A stretch of DNA of 64,000 nt. It comes from Oikopleura dioica (lineage: Eukaryota; Animalia; Chordata). How positions within the stretch are numbered: position 1 is the stretch's first letter; each line of letters opens with the position of its first letter. A model generated the notes under the pieces. The model had not been told where the DNA came from, made no database searches, and saw nothing but the letters and a program-made list of their open reading frames with translations. The stretch lies in contig OU015568.1 in the NCBI GenBank assembly GCA_907165135.1, positions 3,162,001 through 3,226,000 of the forward strand. Reading direction: 5' to 3'. Position numbers and translations under genes: made by a program. Below, piece by piece: positions 11,706 through 24,982 of this stretch.

Positions 11706-14211
11706 ATGGCTAAAAAAATTTTTTAAAAATTTTTTCTTTGCGCATTTTTTATTAATCAGGGCTTTACGATCTCTGAGGAATCTCTGTCTCGAAAAAGGGT
11801 ATCACTATGTTAAATTTTCAAAAAACAAGCTTACATGAAAAGTAAAATCGAGCATTCCATCCAAACTTGGCATCGCCTGGGCAATTCCCGAAAGCAAAAA
11901 CAAAGCTGAAACAAAAAATCTCGCCATTTCCTATTTTTTCGATTTCAGATGTGATTCTGACTGAAGAAGTCGTCATATTGAAGATGTTTATATATCCGAT
12001 TGTTAGAGCGCCGCTGCTCTCTCTGACGAGCTTGATGGATTTAGCGATGCGCAAATTCGAAAGCAATCGCGGATTGATTTTGACACTCGAGCTGGGTCAG
12101 ACCGTTTTGCCATTGTTTGAGCGTCATTATTCATTTAACAATTTTATTTAAGTTAATTTATTCGGATTCGGATTTGCAAACTGAATGCGAGGGAGAGTGC
12201 CGAATCGAGTACAATCGCTGCCGACTGCTCTGTGAAACAGAGTACTGCCAGTCAATATGCGAGCGGGAATACCAAAGTTAGTTCACTAAGCATCACAATC
12301 ACGCAAGGTCTTAAGATTGCCGGGATCAATGTCAAACTTATCTTTGCGATGAAATAGCCTGTGAAAATGGTGGGATTTGCGTTGTGGAAGAAGGTGTTGG
12401 AAAATGCAGCTGCCAAGAGCCTTTTTTCGGTGACTCCTGCGAAAAACATCCTTGCGAGAAGTTAGACTGTCAGAATCAGGGAACTTGTGTTGTTGACTCT
12501 GGAAAGGCTAAATGTTTTTGTCTTTTTCCATATGAAGGGCTTTCTAGCAGCTCTTTAGAATTATTTCAAATTTCTTACATAGTAAGCAGGATTTAGAAAG
12601 CTCTATTAAGGGGGTAGAAACAGCTTTTTTCGAAAAAAGGCCATTTTTGACCAGCGCTACAGACAAGAAAATCTTATATTTTCAATTTTTCTCTTCATAT
12701 TTAAATAGAAACATCTTAGATCTAGGAACATCTCCCTCGAAATTTGTTTTAGTCATCAAATTTTTGAGTAATGGGGCTCAGAAGCAACTCATCTCTCCGA
12801 TATTCTCGATTTTCGCACATTTTCAACCTCGAATATCTAGAGTCACGTAAAAGGAAAACAAACTTCATTAATATTTTTGTGAAGCTTAACCCCTTTTTTA
12901 GGAACATTTATGAGGAAATTCTGTTAAGATAAATAAATCTGATGTTTTCTTATTTGTAGCTTCAGTCCAAAATCGAGAAAGCTGTTTCTACCCCCTTAAG
13001 ATAGGAGATAAATGTCAAACTCATCCCTGCGATGAAATTATCTGTGAAAATGGTGGAAATTGTGTGGTGCATGAAGGTGTTGGACAATGCAGCTGCGAAG
13101 AGCCTTTTATTGGTGACTTCTGCGAAGAACATCCTTGCGACGAGTTTGAGTGTCACAACCATGGAACTTGTATTGTTGACTCTGGAGTGGCAATATGTAT
13201 TTGTCCGTTTCCATATTCAGGGCTCTCAATCAGCTGTTTCAAATTATTCCATTCTCGTTTCGTAGTTAGCCGGACTCAGGGAGCCCTGTTAAAGATAGGA
13301 GATAAATGTGAAAATCACGTCTGCGACTGGATTGAGTGCCAAAACGAGGGAAACTGCGTCGTTCAAGATGAAATTATTAAATGCGACTGCCTTGCTCCTT
13401 TTTTCGGGAGATTTTGTGAAAAACATCCATGCGATGATTTTGATTGCGGAAATCAAGGAAATTGTATTGTTGAATCTGGAGATGCTAAATGCGTTTGTGA
13501 CTATCCATATCAAGGGCTCTCTATCAGCGACTTTATTGAAAACTATAGTCTATGGACTATTTTTGCTGATATATTTCTGATTGAGCAGCTCTCAATGAGC
13601 CCCGAATAAAGACAGGTGATGAATGTCAAACTCATCCTTGCGATGGAAAATTTTGCGAAAACGGTGGATATTGCACTGTTCAAAATGGAGCTGGTACATG
13701 TTATTGTCAGGAACCGTTTTTTGGAAACCTGTGTCAAAATCATCCTTGCGATGGAATATTTTGTCAAAATTATGGAAACTGCGTCATTCAAGATGGAGTC
13801 GGCCAATGCAAATGCCCTGATTTTTACAGTGGAGACCTCTGCCAATGCCCTCCACAGTATATAACACCAACGAGCAGCTACGACTGGCACACAGCTAAAG
13901 CCCACTGCGAAAGCATTGGAGCTTTTTTGGCATTCTTTCGAAACGAAAATGATTTAAATCATTATCAATCTGTTCCCCACGATAGTCAAGAATGGATTGG
14001 ATACTACCAAAAATATCCCGATAATAATAATATCTACGAAACTGTTGATGGAGAGGAGGCAATTTTTTACAATTGGGATGTTGATGCGGGTAAGCCAAGC
14101 AGTACCTCTAGACGATGCGTTAAAATCAAAACCGACAAAGGTTATCTTATGCATGATTTCGATTGCAACGGCGTGAGAAAATTTACTTGTCAGAGATCGC
14201 AAAATTGCTGA
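11706..14211 (+). CDS. Secreted protein: Cys-rich N-module + 8 EGF-like repeats + C-terminal C-type lectin domain
   Basis: Spliced EGF units (HPCDEIICENGGNCVVHEGVGQCSCEEPFIGDFC etc.) then WHTAKAHCESIGAFLAFF...EWIGY...CVKIKTDKGYLMHDFDCNGVRKFTC*. N-terminus uncertain: ATG 11706 has an in-frame TAA at codon 7 within homopolymers. Confidence 0.85.
12610..12995. mobile_element. Second TTAA-TSD MITE (Kolobok-like, 386 bp), inside an intron of the EGF gene
   Basis: TTAA-GGGGGTAGAAACAGCTTT...AAAGCTGTTTCTACCCCC-TTAA (18 bp TIR); removing it plus one TSD leaves a 77-nt intron versus 78 nt for the paralogous next intron. Confidence 0.9.
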
Positions 14212-15870
14212 TGCCATTCATGGACTCTTGATGCAAAATTCCTCTTTATTTGTGCAATGAATATTTTTATCGAACATTTATTCTTGACTAAACTTATAAA
14301 AATTATCTTGATTCTTTACAATAATACATTTCCATACTTGAAATCATACTTGAAAAAATTTCGGCTTCAAAGTTCAAGTTAGTTTGTGTATTTAGATGAG
14401 ATTAGTTATGTTTGACCTCTCCCATCTTTCTTTTTTTCAGAAGTTCCGACCGCCAACTATTCAATAAGAATGTAATGTATTGACGATTTTTAAGCGCAAA
14501 AAAAGCGAACGTAGGACAAAATTTTTCCTACTGACTTAAAAAAAGAGAGACAAAGTCGAAAAAACTGAAATGTAACTAAATGAATAAAGGTAGTGTTTAA
14601 GGTTCTCATAAAATTAAGGGGGTCACTGTTGAGAAGAGCAGCTTACAGCGCGACTTTGAAAGACTGACACCCATATTCATCAAGAACAGGGGTTGTCTTG
14701 ACGATTATTCTGCTTGAAAATCTGATCCTTTGTCGAAAGAGCCTTAAATTTTCACCCCTCTTCCCACGGCTAAAATACGGTATCCACCCGCGGAGTCAAG
14801 CTCATATGTTTTGCATAATTAAGCAAATTGTCAATGCGCTGATTACCAATATCCAGAATATTAGCCGTTTACTTCATCTTTCCCCTTCCAGTAAATTTAT
14901 TCAAACTCGGTAAAAGAATCTTGTCTATAACAATTTTAAAAAGTAAAGAGGATTAGGATCGACAAAAACACAAGTAAGCAATAATTTAATCAAGCGAAAA
15001 AACTCATTTGGCCGGAGAAAAAATCGTACGTGAGCGACGAAAAAGAGAGTAACTACTTTAATGGATAATAAGAGCAGTTTAACATGTCTTTTTATGGTTT
15101 TATAAACGATTAATCGCTCAACTTTCCCATCAAAATTCTCAGAGCGTAGTTTGAGCTTGAGAGGGTTAAATCGAAGAAAATTAAGAGAAAGGATAATTTT
15201 CTTGAAGAACGTTGAAGGTAAAATTTTAGAAGTTTTAAGGAAGTCATGTAACGTTAGGGTTAAAGTTAGGACTCGTTTATGGCAATAGGAGATTCTTTTC
15301 GTTGAAATTTTAAATGAAAAAATTTTCAAACTTCATACTCTTAGGCTCTTTTTTACAACGAAGGGTTTAATCTTTCTTTTTGTGAATAAAAATAAGGGTG
15401 TCACAGCGTTAATTTTTGATTAAAATAGTACCAAAGATTTTTCTGCTCAATTTTTACCAGAAGAATCATCTTCTTCAACAGAGATGAAATTAGAAAAAAG
15501 AAACGTCATTTGCCAAGAATGCCAAATAGAATGACAGTTAAGAGTAGTGATGATTCCATTAGCAGAAAAAGTTGAAGAGGTACTGTTGTAAATAATTCAA
15601 CTCGCTCTGTCATATTATGCCGTAAAACCGACTCATATAACAATATCCTCAACTCAAGAGAGTTCCATACTACTAGAGGGAGCCGAGCAGTTCTTTATTT
15701 TATTCGAAGTAAAATCAGACAGATCCAAAAACATTCTTTCTTTTTATACAATTTTCAAATCGTCTTTTTTTGAAAGTAGAGAAGGGGAGAGATGGATGCG
15801 CTCTTAAAACTAGGCCCGGTTGAAACCCCATTTTGAACCCTTTTTTAGGTGAAAAATATAAAAAGAAAAC

Positions 15871-18121
15871 ATGTTCAACCCGAGTTTGGATCACATTTGC
15901 GCTTGCCAGAAATACTACCCAAACTTCAGCAATTTTGAATTCGACTTCGGAGCACCTGGAGAACCCTCTTTTTCTGACTCAGATTCTCAACTATCCCTTG
16001 CTGCTGTCTCCAGTGCTGACTCATCGTATTCTTGGTCCGGGTTAGTCAGAATCTGTTGCGAATTTGTTAATTGGTAGGTTTGATGAGGGAGCTTTCGATG
16101 ATGTCCCGGATATCGACCAAAATCAACTGAACAACGTCACCGTCGGAAAACAAGCGATTCTATGGATTTCGCTACTTGTTGGGGCTCCATTGAACATCAT
16201 CATTTTGATCGTCACCCTTTCAAACTGGCAGAGGAAATTTTCAAGCTCCGCGCTTTTTGTCGTCCATCTTTGTATAGGAAAAAGTCATCAACAACAAAAA
16301 AATATGATTCTTTTTTTCATGGTGACCTTTTCAAAAAGCGGATTTGTTGATTTGCATCCACGCGTTTATCAATCTTTACGACAAAAATGACCTTGCATCT
16401 TCCGGTGGAATTCTTATGTAAGTACAGAATGATTTGAAACAATGCACGGAGGAATTTTAGGTGCATTTATATGGAAACATCGACTCAGTTCTTCATCTGT
16501 CTTTCTGTATTTTCGCTGGCTGCGATTGCTTTTGATCGATGCGTTCACTTGGTTTCACATACTTTGTCGCGGATTTCAGTGAAGAATCATTATTTCTTAT
16601 TTGGAATGGTTTGGGAACGGGTGAAAAAATTATTTTTGGAAATTGAAACCATAAAACAAGACAATTTTCTTTCTTATTTCAATTTTTAAAATAGTTATTT
16701 TGAGGGAATTAGCTTTTTTGATTGTATATTCATGACATTCGAGTAGTCTTCCTTGATTTTGTCGACTAATTTACCCCTTCATAAGGTTTTGAGCATAGCC
16801 CTGGTTATACCACAGATCATGATGGCGGAAATGCACGAAACATATCAGTGCCGAATTGTTTATTCAAAATATACAGAAGAAGAATGCACCAATCTCGGAA
16901 ATCAAACACATGAAACCTGCGCGAGCATAAACGGCACGCACAGGTTCCTTTTCAAAATATCAAATAAAAGCCCTAATTCATCGATTTTCCAGTGAGTGCC
17001 AGGCTCCGAAGCTGCCGTATCAAATTTATTATTATATTATCTTCGCCGTTCTTGGTTTTCTTGCTCCGCTGCTCATTATTGTTGTTAGTTATATTCTTAT
17101 TTTATGGTCGATTGTTAAAAGCCAGGTTTGCAAAATACATTTTATTCGAGGATGATAATTATAAATACTCTTGTTGCATAGGTTCGACTGGGTAAGCTTG
17201 GGCAGTCGAATAAAGAAACTGACACGCACGTCAATTTGATGATTGGCTCATTATTCGTGACGGCGATAATATTGATTGGACCGTATATTATCTTCATGTT
17301 CGTTTTAGTAGGTATGACGCATATTTTTATTTGAAGAGTATATTCTCAAGTGAATATTCGGAGAAGGGTTAAATAGAACTCATTACAGTTATTTGAAGGC
17401 GACGCTAAATATCTGAAAATACTGTCTGTTGCCTCATTTTATAGCTTGTTTTTTATAAAGCGAATAGTTATTATTTTGTACATTTTTGTCTATCTCGATG
17501 ACGTGATCGTTGTCAGAAGTGTTTCATTTTCAAAATTTGAGGTTTGTTTTCGATAGAAGATGAGTCTCAGGCCTCTTGTTATATGGCGACCTGCAGGTGT
17601 TTACCGACCATCTTGATAAAAGTCATCGATTCATGATTTTTATCCATGTAAATAATCAGCCTTATTTCACTGATATCAACCTGTGATTTTCCAGACAAAA
17701 TTGGTTTTATTTCAATTAAAAGATATCTGCATATTTTCGTGAAATTAAATTTAATAACCAATTACTGTAGCCTCTCCTGAAGCTCTGGGGGACCCAACAT
17801 GTCGAAATTTCAAGCACACAGCAGAAATGATGGTCTATCTTTCTCCAATTGCCAACGCGGTACATAAAAACTGCTTTTTTATCCTTTTCAATAATTCAGA
17901 TAATGTACTCATTCTGCGGAAAAAAGTTCCAAAAGACTTTGGCCGACACAATCTGCTGCAAAAACAAGCGCGGCTTCAAATCTCGAAGCTTCACTCAAAC
18001 AACCCGAACTGGCCAGTCAACGCGTAATCAATGGAATTCGCATACAATTCATTCAGGTTCTATATTTTCTAAAATCAACAATGAACATCATCAATTAATT
18101 CCACTTATCATCATTTTTTAA
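15871..18121 (+). CDS. Class A (rhodopsin-like) GPCR, probably peptide-receptor type
   Basis: TM1 LLVGAPLNIIIL, TM2 VVHLCIADLLI (across GA-AG intron 16278-16338), TM3 FSLAAIAFDRC, TM7 YLSPIANAIMYSFCGKKF, helix 8 and CC. Confidence 0.9.
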
Positions 18122-18796
18122 TTCTAGCTACAGAATGCTTCCTCCTTAAAACCAACAGGAGCATGTCTATTTGACCAATCAATGATTGTCAAATAAATAC
18201 ACCATATCATCGACAATCATCATCATCATCATCACCATCCATGATATTTATACTGTAATTTGCATGCACTGTCATTTTCGGGAAAGCGGTGGGACGCGAC
18301 AAAAAATTTTATCAAAAACCGCAATTTTTGTCGTTGCGCGCTGCTTTTCCTCATTTCCATCCTCTTTTTTCAACAAAAACTGGAACTCCGTTTTTTCCAT
18401 CCTTTCTTAGAGAATCAATTATTCGCCTCAGAGCCTTCCCTGGCAATAGAAATGAGAAGCGGCCCAATGGTGGTTCCCAACGAGTTCACATCCTTACAGA
18501 GCTGATACTGTATCAACTCTTTTTCACTGCTAGGAAAAATAATAAAAAATATGTTCAATTGTTCAAAAAGCGCGCGTACCTACTTTTCACTTTTGACATT
18601 TTCCGATAATCCGGGAGTTTTATGATTCCTCTTTTTTCTTCCCATTTTCATTTTTGTACTTTTCGCTAGAGAAAAAATGTCGTTTTCGCGGCATTTAGCG
18701 AGTGAGAAAAGGGTTGAAAATAGAGATAAAAGACATATTTTTCTATCCTAAGAAAGTAAGCCTGTCAATTTTAACCCTTTTGAGTCAGATAATGAC

Positions 18797-21700
18797 ATGT
18801 CCGAGGAGAGAATTCTGGACCTTTATTTCAACAAAAGGGAGGACATCACTCCCTTTGTCCTTTTTGATTTATACACGCATCCGGAAAATCTTCTCAGAAA
18901 TCTTGCCCAGGTAAATTTCAAACATTTTCTACAAATTTGACGAATATTCACGACAAGGGTTTCTTGGTGAACACAATTTCAAAGATGAGGCAAAAGGTGA
19001 GACATACGAGAAAGAGAATGAGCCTCTTTGAATTTCCTTCCGCCGGCCGAAGCGACAGTATTTTCGACAAAAATGCGCTCAAATCATTTCATCGCAAGCG
19101 CCTAACGAGGCACCACGGCAGCAGCGGAGCTTCAAGTAAAATCAACAAGAAATCGCAAAGGTAAAAGCACAGAAAATCAGTCAATTTTTTATCAAAAATT
19201 TAAGAACAGAAATAATTTTAAAAACCATAATAGTCGTAAATATATTTCAAATTAATTCTATTTTTTCTAGGCATCATTTGAATATTTTTAAGTAAGAGCT
19301 ACAATTTTCTTTCGAATCCAATGGATGAGAAACAATTTAGTTTTGATGATCTTTCTAGGGCCAATTCGATTCTAACCCTTCACGGCCGAACAGTCACCCT
19401 CAAGTTCGACTACTTCATCGAAATCCTCAACGCTGTCAATTTCGAACTCACCGGTGAAAACGTCCTCAAACTCTCCCGCCGCGAATGGATGCTCCAAGAG
19501 AATCGCCAAAGCAAAATCGCCATGGTCGAAAAAGAACTGGTTCTTTGGGGCGTTCTGACACTTAATGAAAATTTCATCGAGAAAATCATCGATGCTCAAG
19601 AATCGAAACTCCAGTGGCTCGTTTTTGTCGCCATGTCAGCTCGTAAAGCAGCGCCATTTTGCCGACGATTCCGGCTAAACGGCCAAAAACGACTTTACTA
19701 CGAGCTTTCGGAAAAATACGAGCAGCTAGCCTGTAGCTTGCTCAATGATGTTTCCAGGGATTCTCCTCTTCTTGGAGTGATTCTAGTACGAAGGAGGCAA
19801 GCGGCGTTGGGTTTTAGAAATGTGCTGGATACGGGACATTTTGGGGATTTGGCGGCGCTCATGGCGACGAATCCGGTTCAGGAAAGGGCTCTTATGGATA
19901 AGGGAAATTTTGATGAGAACAGAGTAAAGATCCTTTCATACAGGAAGTTATCACAAAAATCTGGTACGGTGCTCTCGATCCAGAAACACCAATGGGTCCA
20001 ATGATTTGCTCAATTATGAGTCCTCTATTTTCTCCTCTTCTCATCCACCAAAGGTTTCTTTGTCAACAATTTTTTCATTCAACGATTCTAGTACCGACCC
20101 ATTGATTGACTACAACACTCGAGTTTTCAACTGCACGGAGACGAATCTTGTAGACACCGACGAAAACGGCATGGATGTGGAACTAAGCTATTTTGAAAAA
20201 GTCTTTGTCTTCTTTACCGCTCCTTATACCGCCTGGTTTTACAGGTGATTTTCTTCCTTGATTTCAACTCTTTCTTTTTCCACTTTTCAGCCTCCTGTTC
20301 CACATTTCCTTCCTGATCTACTACGCTTACGTCATCATTCAAAAGTTCTGCTACGCTCCAACTATCCACGAAATCATCGTTGTTATCGTCTTGATCGGAG
20401 TCTGCGTCGAGCAAATTCGTCGTCACATGTCGGGAAATACGAAAAAAGGGATCGACAAGATTTTTGACAATTCTTACAATATTCTCTACCTGATGTCATT
20501 TGTGCTTGCTTCAATCGCTGGTATTTTGAGATTCGGGGTAAGAAATTAAAACACCATAAGTTAGAGTCTCACTGTCTTTTTGGTATTTTTTTTCAACGGT
20601 CGATTAATTGGAATACTTGACATATCATCATTTTTAAATACAGCAAATTTATTTGGAAACAAAAATTCTAGATCTGGCTAGCAATACCTCAAGAAACATA
20701 CGACTCCCTGGGCCCGTCTTATTCCTGGGGAGAAGCGTGTCCGCCCCGGATCATCGGGGCTCAGGCTTTAAAAAACGTACGAACAGAAGACATCATCGGA
20801 GGAGAAGGAGTCGATATCGACATCTACCTGAAATGGGCACAAGTTCTTTACGGCTCTTCGTTTGCTTTGATCGGCTTGAATATGGCACAATTTATGAGGA
20901 TTCATCCGAATTTGGGACCTCTTGCGATTTCTCTTGGGCAAGAAAACTTAAAAATAGGGGGAGAAATTAATGATTTTCTAGGTATATGTTGAAAGATTTC
21001 TACAAGTTCTGCTATTTGCTGCTGGTAATTGTGCTTCCTTATGGTGTCATTTTTCAGTTTTTTCTTTATCCTAATGATCCAAGGCATGATTTTCCAGACG
21101 AATGTTGAGCTGCTCAACTTGAGTCCACCAAAGATGATACAATACTTATTGTCAATTTAATTTCATTTATGAGAGTAAAAAATATCTTAACTTTCCCTAT
21201 TGATTCTACACTTATGGTTTTAAAATTGCAAATCATCAAAAAGACTTACTCTCCAATACCCCGGCCACGTCTTCGCCAAACTCTCCTTCAAGCCCTTCTA
21301 CGCGATCTTCGGCGAAACATTCAAAAGTGAAACCTCAACCTATGCCTACGAAAACGTCCCATCCTGCGCTGCCTCGCAAATTATGATTCCGACGCCAAAC
21401 TCAACTCTTGTCCACAACGCTGGAAACATTGAAATCTTGCATCTTCAGGGAGAAGAGGATGTTCCTGAGTTTGAACCAACAAGTCTCTTTTACAATATTC
21501 CGTATTTCAAGGCTAGGCTCGTATCTCTCTCTTTACTTCAGCGTCTAGACAGGTTTTTGAGCCCCGTGTACAGCCGCATCACCTGTACGAAGAGAACAAG
21601 ACTGAGGTCTCGATAAACGGGCTTATCCGCCTTGGCGATTTCAAAGAAGCCGTGGCGGAAAATAGGATGAACTACACGGAAGACGATTTGTTGTACCACG

Positions 21701-23402
21701 GCGTACCAAATTTCCTCGCTCCTGGAAGCAATTTTACCGATGATCAGCTTTTCATCCCAAGGCAGGAGAGCGTCTTCAACCCTGTTTTTCCACGTTGTCC
21801 AGAAAGACACTGGTTCAATAGTATTTTGTTGATGTGTTATATGATGCTGGTTGCGGTGTTGTTGATAAACTTGTTGGTGGCGATGTTTGCGACTACATAT
21901 AACAAAGTACGTATGAGGACTCTTCCCTCAGGAAAACAGTAATAGTTAGAGTTTTCATTAACAATCGTTTTGAAAACTGATAGAAAGACGTTATTTTTTA
22001 CTTTCAAGAGAGAGTTTTTATTTAAATGAGTTTAAAAATCATCCATGAAACATGAATGATGAACAAAAGATGAATGAAACAATAAAATCAGAACTAAACC
22101 AATTTGTGGAAATGAATTTTTGGATTACCAATAAGATTGCTGTACTTGGCCTTCCGGCCAATCAAAACCCTTTCTATAAAAATCAGTTTCGAAATTCGTT
22201 TTACCCTAAAATCAACATAAATGATAAAAATTGATAGAAATTGTAAATAAAATAAGCTCGATTATGGTGTCGGAATTCTTGACAGTCTTTTTACTTTCGA
22301 AATTTTTTTTGAAGATCCATGAAATTGCATGCTTTCCGAGCAGCAATCAAAATATTGATGTTCGACTTGAACCTTCTTTCAACTGATATTCCAACCCGTC
22401 ATTTTGTTAAAAAATCCAATTCCAACGAAACTTCATTTTCCGAAATCTTATTCAGCGGCAAAGATTTTCAAGTTCAAATCTCGATATTTTCAGCATTTTT
22501 TTCAAAACGAACATGAAGTTATTTTCTTCTAATGACCATAAAAATCATTCCAAACAAGTTCAAAAGCAACTCGCTAATCAGTTTCTTCTATTCCACGGAT
22601 TCGCTACGGGGACTGACCACTAAGCCCCCGAAAGAGCGACTTTCAACGTCATAAAAACGCGTTCAAGAGTGAAATTTTGAAATTGTAGATTCACGAAAGC
22701 TCTGAGCAAATTTGGCGGCGGCAGAGATACGAGCTTCTTTTGGATTATTACAACAACCCTGGTCGACCAGTGACTCCTCCTTTCAGCTTGCTGCTGTCGT
22801 TTTACTGGCTCATCAAATACATCATTTTGCGGATTAAAAATGTGAGCCCGGAAATGGCCAAGAAGAATATTCTCTATCCTCGGATGTTCGGACAGCACTT
22901 TTTGCGATTGCCGCGAGAAGAACCGACAGGCCCGGAAATGGTTCTGCCGAAAGAATTTGGGTAAATTTAGATACCGCAATTATCCGCTTTTCGAATGTGG
23001 ATCAAAAAGTAAATCTGGATCAGTGAACCTTTTCTTGGCTCGAAAAACTGACATCAGAAATTCACAGAGAATGTCCAATCCAAACATAAAATTATCGTTC
23101 GTTATAGCGTCTTTATTTTGTAGAATTACAGATTAAATTACGTCGTGTCCATCTTAAAAGAACCCTGTATCAAAATAAACTCAATTTATTCAGGCAAATC
23201 TTCCACATGCTCGACAACGTTGAACGAAAAATCATCCGAGGAATGCATTTCAGGTGCGTTTTTCTTTTCAACACTTTTTCTTACCTTTGATTCTAGACCT
23301 GTCGACATCACTTCCGAATCGAAAACAGCGCGATCACGTGTCATGGAACTGGCAGAAATGGCGAATGAAATTGAGAAAGATCTTTTCAGAACAACCAACT
23401 GA
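18797..23402 (+). CDS. TRPM: TRPM-family cation channel
   Basis: MHR4-like segment (LSEKYEQLACSLL...ALMATNPVQ), FFTAPYTAWF, S4-S5 IGPRIIMIGKM-like segment, S6 LLINLLVAMF, TRP helix IWRRQRYELLLDYYNNPGRPVTPPF, C-terminal coiled coil. Confidence 0.92.
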
Positions 23403-23418
23403 TTGACTACCGTTTATT

Positions 23419-23710
23419 TTATTTCTGCTTATGATCGAATACAGGCGAATCTATTAGAAATTGCTCTTCGTCGTTGAATGGATACGGAAGGTGGAAGGGA
23501 TCGCGTTTCTTGTAGGGGATGAAGGGAGTGTGTAGCGGACTGTTATCGTCAAACATGTCCCCCTGAATCATGTCGAGAGTTGGTAAAATTCAGACAAACC
23601 TGTAGAAAATTGATCAAATCGTCGAACTCCCCCAAGTATTGGATATAATGCGCAGATGCATTTTGAGCCAAAAGCGATGAAGCGAAAAATATAAAAAGGG
23701 CATTCCTCAT
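23419..23710 (-). CDS. 84-aa secreted peptide precursor candidate
   Basis: Two exons (23710-23600, 23562-23419), 37-nt GT-AG intron; MRNALFIFFASSLLAQNASA signal peptide then HYIQYLGEFDDLINFLQGDMFDDNSPLHTPFIPY-KKR-DPFHLPYPFNDEEQFLIDSPVFDHKQK*; AATAAA at the stop. Confidence 0.7.
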
Positions 23711-24982
23711 CCCGAAAAGAAGATATTATGAGAGTGTCTTTAGGAAGCTTTGCTTTATATAGCAGAGAGCGACATGTGACTGAATATGTACATTGTTAAT
23801 CGAAGAGCTTTTTTGCTTCAAATTGGCAGTTAAAAGAGCGTTGGATAACTTATTCTTATCAAATGAAAGAGCCACAATATAATTCATCAACTGTCATTTT
23901 TTGACAGAAAACTGTATTAACCCCCCGCAACGGAAAGGAGATACGAAGGGAGCACGTGCAAAATCAGCTCAGTTTGATCATTTCGCATGTTTCAGCTCTT
24001 CGAAATCCAAAAAAATCAAAGCTGCGAAAAAATGGCTTATGACCAGTTTGACGCTTTGGGCAGTCACGTGTTTTTAATTGAACAGCTAGGCTTAAAACCT
24101 CATCCTTTTTGTAAAAAATGGAGCGTGAGACTTGTCAAAAAGCCGGCTTAGGGACCAAAATTTGGTTGTTTTTCCGCGAAAATTATGAAAAAAAGGTGCT
24201 GGAAAAAGGGAAAACCGCAAGAACAGGATGAAGACGCATTAAACAAGAACACGGGATTTTTACTAGAAAAAGAAAAATGATGATGTTGCTTTTTTAAAGC
24301 AGTTAAAAGACGATTTCCGAAAGAAATAATCTTTTTTTTTTTTGAAGTCAACAAGGTCAGTTTCGTTTATGAAGAAAATATGATTATTCAATTTTGGAAG
24401 TTCAAACTGCGAAAATGACATTTTTCTTCGCACTTGATGCCGATAATATTTGGGAAATGAGACAAATCCTAAGATCTTTTGCAAAATATTTACACGCGTC
24501 CGATTAGCAGCTGTAAATCCCGGAAGCTAGCGTCAGAGGATCAACTTCTTCACTTGAACATCATCCCTTCTTCCCGTTTTTTCGAATTGAAATTTTTGAG
24601 TTTCTGGGAAAATGCACACTAGAGTTCTTCACCTTAGAGCGTCTTAGGTGAAATTGGCGATTCTGTTAACCACGTGCCACGAAATTTCAAACTAATAAAA
24701 TTATGGAACTCCGATATTACTTGATTTGACGGTTTTGACTCGAAAGAAACTCAAAATAAGACGTTTATTCGACTAAAAAAAGTTGAATAAAGGAGCCACT
24801 CCCTCAAATTTTTGATTTAAAAATGTTGATTATATAATTATTGGCGAAATGGCAAATAAGTTCTTTCAGTTTTGAGTTGACCTTTGCTTTACTTTTCTGA
24901 AGCTGCTACTTTCTCATCAAATAGAGGTGTAGAATCTCATTATTTAATTCTTTCAATTTTTTTTTTATCGAAGACAAGAATA

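Noticed and set aside
14910-15500. Alternative genetic code (TGA=Trp) ORF
   Set aside because: TAA stops and frameshifts remain even if TGA is read as Trp
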